DNA of 63,153 nucleotides, filler included, from Basidiobolus meristosporus CBS 931.73 (GCA_002104905.1; 3 parts of 3 records of this genome joined end to end with filler, not necessarily neighbours in it); one strand, 5' to 3'; positions 1-13,081 are shown, counted from the whole stretch's first letter. A program made the numbers and translations. Notes: a model not told the origin generated them from the sequence alone.

Positions 1-1653
1 GCATGGATGCTTCAGATTATGCAATTGGTGGAGTGTTGAGTCAATAACACAAGGGAAAGGACTACCCTGTTGCCTTTAAATCCAAGAAACTGAACTCAGC
101 AGAACAAAACTACCTGGTGCATGAGAAGTAGATGCTTGCTATAATACACTGTTTGAAGACATGGAGATGCTATATTGAAGGAGTCAAATGCACTGTGAAG
201 ACTGATCATGCCTCCCTCATGTATATTTTTACTCAGAAGGTACTCTCTAGAAGAATGACAAGATGGAGTGAATACATTCAGCAATTTGACTTAGAGATTG
301 TCTACTGCCCTGGAAAAAACAGCACAGTTGCTGATGCCTTATCAAGATTAGAACAAGTTACACAACTCAACTTGGTGCATGAATCAGATTGGCCTAGCCT
401 ATTACCAAAGTACTTGGAGGACCAAGCCACTCCTAATGAGGTGGATGAAGATATAAAGAAGATAATCCGTGATGATGCAAGCAATTTGTAGTACAGGATG
501 AAACACTCTACCAAATTGTTGATGGAAGCCCTATTGCCTATTGCCCTGATGTTTCTTGCCTAGATTTAATACATAAGCTACACAATGGATATGAACATCT
601 TGGAATTGAAGGAATCTATAGCCTTGTGAATGCCAGAGCATGGTGGCCCAGAATGAAACAAGACATTTAGAAGCTAGTGAAAACATGCCCAAACTGCCAA
701 ATCAATCAAGGCCAGCCACAAAGAATTGCCAACCTCTTCCTTTTGGAGCCTGTAAGACCATTTGAGAGATGGGGAATTGACTTTATTGGAAGACTGCCAA
801 CCACCAGGAAATGCAACTGTTGGATCCTAGCAGCAATTGACCATGCCACCAAATGGCCAGTTGCTAAAGCTGTACCTATAGCCAGTGAATAAGAAGTTGG
901 AAGTTTCATCTACCATGAGATCCTTATGAAATTTGGATGCCCTGTAGAGATTCTATTCAACAAAGGTGCAAACTCTATGGCAAAGACATTGGAAGCTTAC
1001 CTGGAAATGCAGTAGATCAAACACTGGAAAACCTTGGCTTATCACCCCAGAACTAATGGAGTCACTGAATGGTTTAATGGATTAATTGGAAAATGCAGAC
1101 CAAGTATGCAAATGGAGTTGTCAGTAAATGGGATGAGTATATAGACCAAGCACTCTTTGCATGCAGAGTCAGAGTACACAATACCACCCAGCAATTGCCA
1201 TTTTACTTAGTGTATGGATGTGAACCTAGGATTCCAGGAGATCTCACACAACCAAAGCTCACAGACACCTTAGAAGATGAACTCAGTCAGCCAAGGAGAC
1301 ACCAGTAGCTGGAACAAAGACGTCAAGAGGCACAGACCAAAGTATCTCAAAGTGCAGAAAAGATGAAGCAAAGATTTGATAAGATTATAGCACCAGAAGC
1401 ATTGACAGTTGGGAGCTTTGTATTGCTAAGAAACAACACTTGGAAGAAGTTTGAGCCACAATGGACAGGACTATTCAAGATCATCAGAGAATGTTCATTT
1501 GCAACTTACCAACTAGTGGACAAACAAGGCAATATCCGGGAAGACTTAGTGCATAGGAACAGACTCAAGCTTGCAAGACTTGCTGATAATACTGAACCAT
1601 TAAGATATTGGTATCACAAGAAAAGAGATTCAGGAGAACCCTCTCATCTTTAG
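1..1653 (+). pseudogene. Ty3/gypsy pol remnant (RNase H, integrase), family A
   Basis: DASDYAIGGVLSQ and TDHASL...NSTVADALSRL (RNase H); HLGIEG...TCPNCQ zinc finger; WGIDFIG and YHPRTNG integrase motifs; several in-frame stops. Confidence 0.95.
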
Positions 1654-1663
1654 CAGGGGAGAA

Positions 1664-2031
1664 TGTTATGATCTGCTGCTTGAATGTTTAAGTTAGATCA
1701 GTTTTTAGTCAAATCAATTAGTTTAAGTTTAGGTTATCAGTATATCAGTATTATCTATCAAATCAGTAACATTAGTCAGCAAATGAGTCAGCAGATCCTT
1801 ATCAGACAGAAATAGATATGTTAAGTAGGATCTTACTGAGTGATGATGATGAAATTAAATGAGTCATCAGCCACAGCCTACATTAGGAAATACAATTAGT
1901 CAGCAATTGATCTGGCAAGATGTATATAAGGAGGTGCTGGAACCTCAATAAAAATCAGTTCAAGTTTTAGTGAATACAATACTAGCTAAACTCCCTATTC
2001 CTCTACAACTCTTGTACCAAGACTTGTAACA
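1664..2031 (+). mobile_element. 3' LTR, family A (368 bp)
   Basis: TGTTA...TAACA termini; polypurine tract AGCAGGGGAGAA just upstream; near-identical to 16356-16722. Confidence 0.93.
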
Positions 2032-2385
2032 TGGTCTCATTTAGCAGCTAAATATTTACTTAAGAATTCTAGACTATTCTTAGTCACTGCAGGACAAATT
2101 TACAGCCCCAACTTTGCAAGTTTCTTCAGATCTATGATCCTATGTATATTCCCTATAGTCAAGATCAAATTAACACTTTTACCAAGTGGTAGGTACTCAC
2201 CCTGAAGCTTTTAGAGAATGCTCCTGAATATTGAGAAGCCCTCCTTATTCAGTATTGCAGCTGCATTTCTTTTACAAAGGTATAAATGCTGAGCCTCTTT
2301 GAGAAAAAATAGCAGTTCAGCTATTATCACTATAACTTGATAAGTTTCTTATATCCAAATCACTTCTTGAATTACAAGAGCAGCT
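2032..2385 (+). repeat. 5'-truncated copia LTR, family C
   Basis: Aligns with the LTR end preceding the copia PBS at 17991 and 29826, and with the reverse complement of 22566-22933. Confidence 0.7.
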
Positions 2386-2439
2386 TCAAGTCATATCAAA
2401 TAGCTGAGCTGGTGTTATAGGCATAGTATTAATATGCAA

Positions 2440-3050
2440 GGTGTCTAATAATAGTGTCTCTGTCCCAAATGTGAGACACCCTTCACATTTCTTACAGCAA
2501 GAATTTAGTAATCATTGATTTGCAATGGTTTAATTTGGATTGCAAAAAAATTGTTTGGTTCAAGTCAGATGCTACCAGTTTAAAGCAACTTTATTATCTT
2601 CCAGTTTTTTTTCCTTGGTATCAATGCCAAAGCTTTTGGTAGCAATTATCATTGCACACCCAAATTTCTTCCTTGTTATCTATCATCTTGATTAATAGTG
2701 TGTTCATGGTCTGTATCTTGTCTTCAGGTTGATGATTGCTGAGCTGTAGCCTGAGCATGCTGAATTATTCCATAAAATGCTCTACACCTTAAAGCAAAAT
2801 TGTGCTCAAGTCTTCTTGGTTCCCAAAGTTGAGGCACAGACATATGTGACTGGAGCATTCTGTACAAATTGAGTGCAGCATCTGCATCAAATCCCCTCAC
2901 TCTCAGCTCATTGTTAATCTCAATATTTGTTAATTTCTTTTTACATGCATCTGCAGTCATGCTGATGTTTAAATACTCATGGCACAGCTTTCAGCTCAAA
3001 TTCTTGTGTTTCTGTAAGCTACCCAGGGTAACCAGCTGTGCTAAATAATG
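2440..3050 (+). mobile_element. Old diverged remnant of DNA transposon family D (ORF2 region)
   Basis: Similar to 13680-14600 and 46920-48070; minus-strand translation retains EINNELRVRGFD. Confidence 0.75.
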
Positions 3051-4019
3051 AATAGCACCCAATGCGGGGGTAATCAGTTAAGTAATGCAAAGTTGGGTTG
3101 GGTGCAACAAGCAACTAATTTTTATCAGGAAAACTCCACCAAGATATGCCGGATTTCTTGTGGTCACAAGCCAACTTCTACACCATTCAATATGGAATTC
3201 ACACAAACAAAAGCCAGAGCGCACCTATAAGGGGGACTAGAATCCAGCAGGGAGAAGGAATATATTGGCTAAATACCAAGAAGTTCTTTGCCAATATTCA
3301 GGAGGTATTCATGGCAGAAGTAGCAACAACTAAGCATATGTTTGCAAGATGTATATGCTACCAGCAGTACAAAGTATATGGCAACTTTGCAAGTATCACA
3401 CTAAAAAGCCATAAAGTTGAGGTGATAGAAGTATGTCAATTGCGGCAGGTGTGCGCGTTTGTTGAGGTTAGTAAGCAGGAGGCCATAGTTTTTTTTGATT
3501 CAAACTATATGTGGAAACCCAAGGTAGTAGTGGGTAAGCAAATAAAGAAAGGTGATTCTACAGTGGAATATATGAATTGCACAAGGGGAGGTAGAAAAGG
3601 GAAATACCATTTGGTAAATTGGTATGGTAGCATTATATATAACCAGTGGCAGGCCATCATACTGCCAAAAAAATGCCATCAGAGTCTTGCTGTGAGGCTG
3701 TCAAAATACTGTCAAGTTTCTTGCCATATAGGACAATTGGAAGTCCTGGCCAACTGGATCCACTTAAAATAGTAATTGAGGCTAAAAGACCGCATCAATA
3801 ACATGCAAATATCATCACAGCACCAATCAAAAATTGTCAAGTTTTATCCGTTTATTTGGCTGTAAAATTTGCAAAACACCGTCATGATCTTGTTATAAGA
3901 TTGTCAGGAGGGTCACTAATTCCAAGCTGCTGTTATTAAGACAGTCTCTGAGCGGGATCTTGACGGATGATCTGGATTGGATCCACATGCGGGACCAAAT
4001 TATTTTTCATAGGGAGCAG

Positions 4020-4350
4020 GGCACACTGTGTTAAGTCTAAAGCACTGTGTGACACTCACAGGCAATGTCATATGGCTTAGTGGGCAATTTGCTGGAAGTA
4101 AATCTGACAAAGCGCATTGGGTGGGAGAGCTTCCAGAGTTCTGCAGAGAAGAGAAGTGTGTAGCAGAATTGACTTATACAGAGAAGGGTTGCCACAGATC
4201 AGGACTTATTGCAGTTGATATGAGGCCAAGGAATGGGTTGCTTAGCAGGAAGCAAAAGCTATACAATAAGATATTTAGTTTTTCAGAATAAGAGTAGAGC
4301 CAAGATATTGATATCTGAGAAGATTCTGAATATTGGCAGGTAAATACTGA
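4020..4350 (+). pseudogene. Degenerate family-D-like DDE transposase fragment
   Basis: AHCVK...GNVIWLSGQFAGSKSDKAHWV...RPRNGLLSRKQKLYNKIF aligns with the intact ORF at 44395; frameshifts and stops. Confidence 0.9.
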
Positions 4351-4575
4351 AAGGCTAATTCTCTTCTACAGTCCATGTGTCCACCATTTTAGTCAGGGTG
4401 GAGATAACATTGAGAGGCAATGCTACAACATCAAGGAATCAGGGAATATCATAAGGCCCACAGTGGAGTTTTGAAGCATTTATTGCCATACATACAGGTT
4501 GCAGCACTTCATCAAGAGCTGTTCTCAAAAACAAATACTTGAGTATTACCAGGACTCATTGTAAGCCCTGGCAGA

Positions 4576-4944
4576 TATTGTGATCTGCTGCTCAAATGTC
4601 TGAGTTAGAGCAACTTTTAGCCAAATCAATTAGTTTAATGTTGAGCCTATCAGTATAACAGTACTATCTATCTTATCTGAAGTAATGGTTAGTAAATGAG
4701 TCAGCATATCCCTATCAAACAAAAATAGATATATTGAGTAAGTCTTAATTGCGTGATGATGATGCAATCATATGAGTTGTCAGCCACATCTGTAATCAGG
4801 AAATACTATCAGTCAGCTACTGACCTAACAAAATGTATCTTAGAAGCTGCTGGAGCCTCAATAACAATCAGTTCAAGTTTTAGCAAATAAAATACCAGCT
4901 AAACTCCCTGTTCCTCTACAACTCTTACATCAAGACTTATATAT
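4576..4944 (+). repeat. Diverged solo LTR, family A
   Basis: Colinear with 1664-2031 over its length; eroded termini. Confidence 0.85.
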
Positions 4945-5818
4945 AGCACAGAAGAGGTGCCAGAACTTGTAGTGCTGACCAAGGATCATAATGAATTGGA
5001 TCTGATGAGCAAACAATAGCTCTATGCTGTAGGTTTTTCACTAAAGCTATGGAAAAAGTTCATTACAGCAGAAATACCTATGGAATGTTGGATGTTTGTT
5101 GAGTTCCAGCTTGCATCATTTGGATCCTCATGCAGGATCAAATTATTCTCCATAGGATGCAATGGGACTAAATATCTATACTACAAGCATAAAGTGGAGA
5201 AAGCAGATTTCTGCCACCATTGTATCCATTCTTTTGTACATCTTGCCTGGTGGGTAGAGAAGAATTGACTCTGTTTGGCCTTGTATTAGTTTCCTATGGA
5301 GTACATATTTTTGGAGTTAGAAAACATGACAAGCTGGAAGTGATATCATATTCTACCCTAACTGCATATACTTCATTCCCATCAATGATAGATGTAATGA
5401 GTGGCATATAGAGGGTAGCCAGAACAATGTGGTTAATGCCCAGCCAATATATTCACGTAAAGTCACCTATTTCTTTGACATGGTAATGCTAAGCTGTCAC
5501 AATGCATAGGTCATAGCATTTTTAAGACAAAATTTGGTTGCATGCAACAAGCAGCTGGTTTGTTTTAGGGCTACTTTAATAATGTAAACTCAGTATCTCC
5601 AGGGTACAACCAGGTTTCTACATTTTAAATACAAAACTTACATGAAAGAAATCAGAGTGAGCTGATCAGAGGGACTGAATTCTACCAGAAGAATGGATGT
5701 ATGCTACAGCCAATGTATTAACTTGTAATTATGGATCTTATTGAGAGGTTATAATAATATTTGAACTGTTGTTTCTTCATAAAGCAGCTCAGTATAAGCA
5801 TTGTCTTAGTGGTTGTAC

Positions 5819-8800
5819 TGTTGAAATAATTAGGAGTCCACCTAATTATTAATATATTATGAACTAGCACTTAGTGAAATGATATATTACAGATTATCAA
5901 CATGGAAAACAGTTCGTAAGATATTTACTAATTATTAGGAATTAGCAAAGTACAGAATTTTAGGAAAATCTGAAACTTGTCCAAATGAGCTGAAACTTGG
6001 CACATGTACTCCTGAGACTACCCTAATAATGACCAAATAGTCACATTTACGTAGTTCTGCAATAAGTATAAATACTGTGTTGCAACTCAATAAAACATCA
6101 AGTGAATATCATGTAAATCTTCTAATTCTCCAATTCACGTGCAATATATCTCTCTAATATTTCAGCAGGTCATGAGCCCCAAGCTTGCTTTATCTTGGCT
6201 GTCTACTTTGCTCTAGTGCTGTGTCTTTATTCTGGAGAAAGACCTCCTGGTCTACCTGAAGTTACAAAAGACAGAAAAGTACTGCCGCTGCAAAGAACTG
6301 CTAGATGGGATATATTGTTTTGAAGAGAGAGGCCTTTGCCCTTAAAGAAGACCCTAAGCAAAGAAAAAGGTCATATGTCAAGGAGATCATGTTGGACAAA
6401 TTTCAAAAGTTATGGAATATGCAGAAGGATGAAGTTTGAGAAAAATGTGTAATCCAAGCAAGGAGTCAAGATTGTAGTCACTTGAAATGAAATGATGCGC
6501 AAACACTTTGATGCAGCCTGCTGCCCTGGTTTGGAGGTGAACTTGCCAACAGATATATGGATCAGCTTGTCCAAACTCTGAGGATCAAAATGATATATAA
6601 TACCTATATATTTGGCCGAAGATCAGTGATCTCAGATATGCCAACTTAGGAGTGGTGTGCATGATATATCAGTGGTACTATTTTCAGTACCAATGATCCT
6701 GAGGCTCTGTGAGACACTTATTAGACAAGCTACATGTCTACATCAAGTATCAGATACAGTGGGAGGAGATACATCCATATATGTTGAAGCATGGAATTTC
6801 TACCGCCATCAAGAAAAGTGCTACTGGAGACCTTAACCAACGTATATGCATATAGTCTCTATATACACTATAGAATATGCATGAAGTACTATCAAGGAGT
6901 GTACTAGTGGCCCTACACTAGTACATATATCACATAGATACAGTGATGAAGGATCATTTATATTAACATGGATCAGATGTTAATCATGCCATTTGGATCA
7001 GATCAAGTTACTTACAGCTCCCAGCTACGGGCCAAACTGCAATGATGATATCTGCCACCAAGATGCCGAGAGAAATGGCTTTTTAAGGAAGTTTATTTGA
7101 TCAAATTTGATCAAGCCTGTGAAAAGTTATGACAGATCCAAATGGATGACCAATTTGGTTGAAACATCTCAGAATAGATATGTTTTGAGGACAGGAGGCT
7201 CCTGAACACTCTGGGAGATCTAACAAACTGTGGATATGCTACCTGTATGGTCCAGATCTAGATCAATAAGGAAGTTCCAGCAACCAGCATCTTTAAGACC
7301 AGATATGGAACAAAAACCTACCGCCAATAAGTTGCCAGTTTCTAAATGGAGTTAGGTGATACCTAGGCCAGATTTGGACTATCTAGCATACTAGATATGA
7401 TCCAGTTATCCTACCACACAAGGATAGTGGAGTGTTGTTGCTAAGGAAAGCAGCAGAGCAGTCCAAGAGAACCGACGTACTCAGAGGCAACATCACAATT
7501 ATGGTGAACAATGAAGTCAACTTACTTGCAGTGGAGGCTAGAGAAGTGGTACCAAGGGCCAACCTAAGGGTTATAATGGGTCCAGAAGATCATGGACTTG
7601 TCTATTTGCACTGTCAACCGAGCTCTATGCTGGAAAGCTCTATCAGAAGTAACAGTGGCTTATCAGAGCCATTATGGTAGATTTATGCAATTGCAAAGTG
7701 CCAGATCAGGTTGTACTGTTCAAGCGCAATAGTACATATGAGACCATATCTATCCTGTTTAGGATTAGGCCTCTATGAATAGCTGCCAATCAAGCTGTGG
7801 TATTCTGTGATACCAAATCAAGCCTATCAAGATGCAAAGGGAAGATCTGAATACCGTAACAGTGATATCAGTCCAAGAAAGTTATGCCTGGATCAGAAGG
7901 AAATATATGATCTATCTCAGTCAGTTTTAGAAGGCAGGAAGCACCAGAAGACGTAGCTTCAGTGGAAGTACAATATCCCAGATCAGGAATGAAGAAAAGC
8001 TAGGCTAGATACCATTGAAGGCACTAGTCCGGAAGAGGAAATAATTGGTCAATCGGCAAAGAATAAAGCAACTACAATGCTGATCTTTGTTGGTCTCAGC
8101 AGATCATATATGGAGTATGTGAGGAAAGTTACTATCCAGATCCAGTTATGAATATATGGAGGATAGTCTAAGTGAATTAGATTATAGACCAGAACTGTGG
8201 ATGATCCAGATCTACTGGAGAGAAGACCACTTCCTAACTTTGCCAATTATTGACCAATTTTACTCAAATAAGAAACAGCAGAGAGCCTGAGAATGCAGCT
8301 CTCTGATGATACAAACTATGCTGGGATTTAATCAGTATCTGAAAAGTTTTACTCCGATCAAATTGATGATACTCATTCATAGATATTTGTGATGAGATCA
8401 GAGTTCAGACTCAAAGCAATTTGATCTGAAGTATGTAATTAACAGTATGGACTTATACTCAGTTATTACAGATAATATGCAATCCTTAACATATATTAGA
8501 GAATACATTAGTCCAATAGGTTAGATGGTTAATTGCAGGTTTAATTTCAACCGCAAGATACACAACACCACAGCAAGTTCATAAGTATATGAATATGTTA
8601 TGTGAGTGGGAGTGTTGAAATAATTAGGAGTCCACCTAATTATTAATATATTATGAACTAGCACTTAGTGAAGTGATATATTTCAGATTATCAACATGGA
8701 AAACAGTTTGTAAGATATTTACTAATTATCAAGAATTAGAGAAGTACAGAATTTTAGGAAAATCTGAAACTTGTCCAAATGAGCTGAAACTTGGCACATG

Positions 8801-8961
8801 TACTCCTGAGACTCCCCTAATAATGATCAAATAGTCACATTTATGTAGTTCTGCAATAAGTATAAATACAGTGTTGCAACTCAATAAAACACCAAGTGAA
8901 TATCATGCAAATCTTCTAATTCTCCAATTCACTTCCAATATATCTCTCTAATGTTTCAACA
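5819..8961 (+). mobile_element. Complete non-autonomous LTR element, family B (3143 bp)
   Basis: 349-bp LTRs at 5819-6167 and 8613-8961 (about 17 mismatches by eye); TSD TGTAC both sides; PBS GGTCATGAGCCCC at 6168; PPT GTGAGTGGGAG at 8602-8612; no recognisable gag/pol inside. Confidence 0.93.
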
Positions 8962-9038
8962 TGTACAGCTATAATACTAAGCTAGGAGAATTTTGCAATA
9001 GTCAAGAGTATTCAGTAAAGTTTTGGGGTAAATACAAA

Positions 9039-9770
9039 AGACTTCTTCCGTTGGATAGTGCCACATTGAGCCATGAGTGCCAAATGATGCCATAGTATGC
9101 CAAGGAGGCCAAGTGAGCCTATACTTGGCCATAGAGTGTGAAACACAGCTCTGCATCTTCATGCAAAGCAGCCCCTGTGTTTCACCCAGTGAGCTGGAGA
9201 AAATCCATTTTTTGACCATTTTTTTGGATCAACATTGTTCAGGATGTGTGAGAGCACAGAAGGATAGAAGACATGCATCTGATACTCCATACCCATGGCA
9301 CTCTGAATTTAGCTCCTGTAGCTTGTATCATGTCATAAAAATGCATGGCACCATCTTGGTCCACTGGTACTATCAGGCACTATACTTAAATATTAGCCCT
9401 AAAGTAAAACCCATATAAAGCACTTAAAGTGCCAGATAGTACCAGTGGACCAAGATGGTGCCATGCATTTTTGTGACATGATACAAGCTACAGGAGCTAG
9501 ATTCAGAGTGCCATAGGTATGGAGTGTCAGATGCATGTCTTCTGTCCTTCTGTGCTCTCACACATCCTGAACAATGTTGATCCAAAAAAATGGTCAAAAA
9601 ATGGATTTTCTCCAGCTCAATGGGTGAAACACAAGGGCTGCTTTGCATGAAGATGCAGAGCTGTGTTTCACACTCTGTGGCCAAGTATAGGCTCACTTGG
9701 CCTCCTTGGCACACTACGGCATCATTTGGCACTCATGGCTCAATGTGGCACTATCCAACAGAACAAGTCT
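9039..9770. mobile_element. Foldback/MITE derivative with family-D right-end termini (732 bp)
   Basis: Two 343-bp inverted arms (9039-9381, 9428-9770), 46-bp spacer; terminal ~25 bp match the family D right end; flanked by AAA/AAA. Confidence 0.93.
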
Positions 9771-10239
9771 AAAATGTTTGGCAAAAGTATTGATTTGAAT
9801 TTGACTATAGGGGAATAATTATGGATCATAGATATAAAAGAAAGTAGCAGAGCAAGAGATGTATACTAGTCCTACAGTAACTAAGAACACACTAGACTTG
9901 TAAAGTACATATTTAGCTGCTTAATGGTACTGCATAGTCCTATACCTCATCACTCCCCTCTATTGAGTAACTTCTTGATCCCAATCTCACCCAAAGATTC
10001 TCAAACTACAGACCAGTTAGTGGTTTGCTGATATCTCAGTCATTAATTGGTTGGTTTAGTGGTAATCTGACTCTACTAAGCTACTTTCTATAGCTTCACT
10101 AACAAATCAGTGTTGTTGTATATGTGCTCAGCTCCAACATGAGTGGTAGCATTTCTTGCTAATGAAATATCTGTTGAAAAATTGGAGAGATTGATTGGAA
10201 ATGAATGAGATTTAGAAGACTTTTGGAGTAATGCTGACA

Positions 10240-10505
10240 GTAGTGTATACTATAAGCCAGATAGGGCAAATTCATTTCTATTAGCTCTTTATGTGGTAAT
10301 TCATATTATAGCCATCCATAACCTAGAAACACTGGAAGAGACTAAATCCAGCCTATTCAAAGAGTTTAATATGTCAGCTCTAGAAGAGCCTAGTCACAAG
10401 TTAGTGATAAAGCTCTTCATATACAGAAATACCAAGACCATGAGCCTAAGCTAGTCCAAGTTTATTGATGACACACTAAGGCTGTACCAAACGGAAGACT
10501 GTAAA
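10240..10505 (+). pseudogene. Copia reverse transcriptase fragment
   Basis: Similar to 27770-27960 (IAxHNLETLEETKSSLFKE). Confidence 0.7.
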
Positions 10506-11440
10506 TACATACCTTCAAAGCAGCCCTTGCTTCTTAGCTGTCTGTAGTGTTTGCCATTGAATATATTGGATATGTTTGCACTTGATTGATACTGAGTGCA
10601 GTACTATATAGATTTGGAATATTTGTTGGACTGCATCAGCTTCCTCAGACAGGATGGTGGATTCCTGACAATTTGGACATGTAGCAATGTTAGTATTTTT
10701 GGATGTGAATGCTATGCAACTGTTGACACATGCGGGAATCAGGACAATCTCTGGATCATATATTGCCAGCCACATGACAGTTGTCCACTTGTACCATGCA
10801 CATGGTAAGTTGCATCCTGGCGTGATCTTGGCAAGTAGCTGTAATCAATCCTCAAAGCCCCCATTACTAATATTAGTGGGAACGCACCACTTCTCTAGCC
10901 ACAACATTACATCATTCACCAGTAGATGGATTACTGGGCTCACTTGGCTCCATGAAGTATTCTTGGCATTTGTTTCAGCAGTTGTTGTCTCATTGTATAT
11001 AGGGATTTGACCAGTCTCATATGTGGTACTGTAGTTAGGGGGGATAGGCTCAAAATCCATCAGTGAACCTTGTTTGTCAGAGCTATCACTCTGCGTGCCA
11101 TATTCAGAAGGCTGAGGTGAGCCTCAAGGCATCACAAACTCACCTGACTCAGTTTGCGCAAGGTGGCAAAGATGGCCAGGTGCCAATATAGAAGTATTAA
11201 CTGGCTGGCAAGATAATGTTGGTACAGTAGTGACCAATGAGCGGTCAAATATGACTTGGGTGGCAAAATACTGGCTGTGATCCTTGTAATATTTCCCAAG
11301 CTGTCTGAGTGCTTCATGGCTGAGAGGCTTGCCACAATAGCTACATAGTCTTTTTCCTCTTCTCTTACAGTGCTGAGTCAAAGTAGTCTTGTCCATGGGG
11401 CAAACAGTTTGACATTCAGCAATGTAACGCTATTATATCA
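10505..11440 (-). pseudogene. CACTA/EnSpm-like transposase, N-terminal remnant
   Basis: CVNSCIAFTxxxxxxxTCPNCQE resembles the conserved Cys cluster of CACTA transposases (recalled pattern); N-terminal Cys/His-rich segment. Confidence 0.55.
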
Positions 11441-11489
11441 CTTTTTAGTCAATACTCATGTGAGCTTAAGTCAGTCCTGTATTTGAGAC

Positions 11490-13081
11490 ATTGCACCTAC
11501 ATGAATGTAAGATTCAATGATGACCTTCCATAGTAAGCATTATAAATAAGGTTGTGGCACCACATACATAGAGATATGAAACACTATTTCCCCTTTGGTT
11601 TGACTCACTTCCATATATATGCCACCAAAAAAAAAGCAAAGTTGTCTGGTTCTCAACCAAACCCCACCACTGACAGCAACAGAAGAACAGTTGGACAACA
11701 GCTTGCTTTGATATCCAGTGCAACAAGTGGGGCTACATCCAAAAAAGGCACTGTGGACAGTGTGCTCATTGAAGGTAATAATGCAGACTTCTCAGGCCCT
11801 AATTCAAGTAGGCAATTGAGAATCTCTGCAGAGCCACAAGCTGACCACTATGCTCAGGCAAACACAGTACCCTCAGATGAAGATCAGCCAGTGGCCATGA
11901 TAACATCACCACCATTCATATTAGCAAGTATGTTGTCAGCTCATACCAAAGCATAAATCAGCAATTAAGTGGAGTGGCTTATAGGATAGATGGAATGGCC
12001 CAGAAAATTAGGAAATAGCTCAGGAACAGGATGAGCAGATAATACATGTACAGCAGTCAACATTGCTGGTAGAGAAAGCAGTATCTTTGCTGCAAAGCAG
12101 GAACTCAAGTTGTTCAATGTCACAGCCAAGAAATGAGCCATTTCCAAATGTAAATGCAGAGGAACACTGTTAGTCTTTAAAGCACAACTACAGTGCTCAA
12201 AGATAAAGCCCACAGAAAACCCTATCACAGCGTGGGAGGGAGACAGTGTAGTGTTTATACCATAGCCTAAATATCAAAACACATCAAAGATCTGTGAAGC
12301 TGCTGAGTGCAATAGTAAAGAGTGGGCTAATATTCAAGAGGCCATCAGAAGTCTAGCATGCCATCAACTTAAGGCCCGCATACCATGGGACCATCAGAAA
12401 CTCAAGGCCAAGCAGAATGCACATGGCTTGTTCCATGAGCATCATCCTGGATTCACACAGGCAAATAGATTTTGGCCCAGCATTGGTACTGTAAAAAGGT
12501 ATTTTAAGAATAGCAGAAATTATCAAAGGCAGAAGAACAAGGATGCCATGGCTAAAAACCAGGGGCTTTCACAGGAGCATGTCACAACTACAGTTGAGAG
12601 CTCAAACAAGCGCAAAAGAAATGTCAGGTTGCCAGAAGCATGCCAGCAAGGGACAAGCAGGTCAAAACAGATGCATATGAGCATAATTTATCTAGGAGAA
12701 AATATAGTTCATTGCTAGAAGCACTCAGACAAAGTAGCAGTGAAAGACCTGGCAGTGGTAAAGGGAAAGGTAAAGGGAAAAATGTCTACCCATGCCTGAG
12801 ACAGGGAGGCATGCAAAAAAAACCGCAGTCCTTATCAACTAATACCACTAGCCCGGAACAGACTGAATCCCATCATAGTCAAGAAGAATCACTAACAAGA
12901 AAACAGCTGTTTCAAAAGAGTTGGAAGCACAGCCAGTTGAGCTATACTCCAGCAAGGTAGACAAGTTTGCAGAAAAAGGCAATTTGTCTACCACAGACTC
13001 CATATCCTCAGTTGTTGACAGAGTGGATATCTCACTGACTGACCAGGCTTTAATATAACAAACTCTAAAGACTATCACAAT
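11490..13081 (+). pseudogene. Family E accessory ORF, decayed copy
   Basis: Colinear with 45462-46322 plus 49740-50699; begins MPPKKKAKLSGSQPNPT; stops and deletions; cut by a family D insertion at AAT (13079-13081). Confidence 0.8.

Larger units (their letters stand above)
5697..10200 (-). mobile_element. Copia family C 3' LTR plus RNase H tail, split by two insertions (5819-8961, 9039-9770)
   Basis: Removing both inserts restores a sequence colinear with the uninterrupted copy at 21404-22040; PPT-like tract near 9950 and xDIxxKPL-like RNase H end on the minus strand. Confidence 0.7.

Noticed and set aside
3146-3772. 208-aa ORF as a gene
   Set aside because: No recognisable motif, no second copy, and it lies between two decayed family-D-like fragments.
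9077-9732. Two near-identical convergent ORFs (113 and 102 aa) as a gene pair
   Set aside because: They are the two arms of the foldback element read in mirror image.
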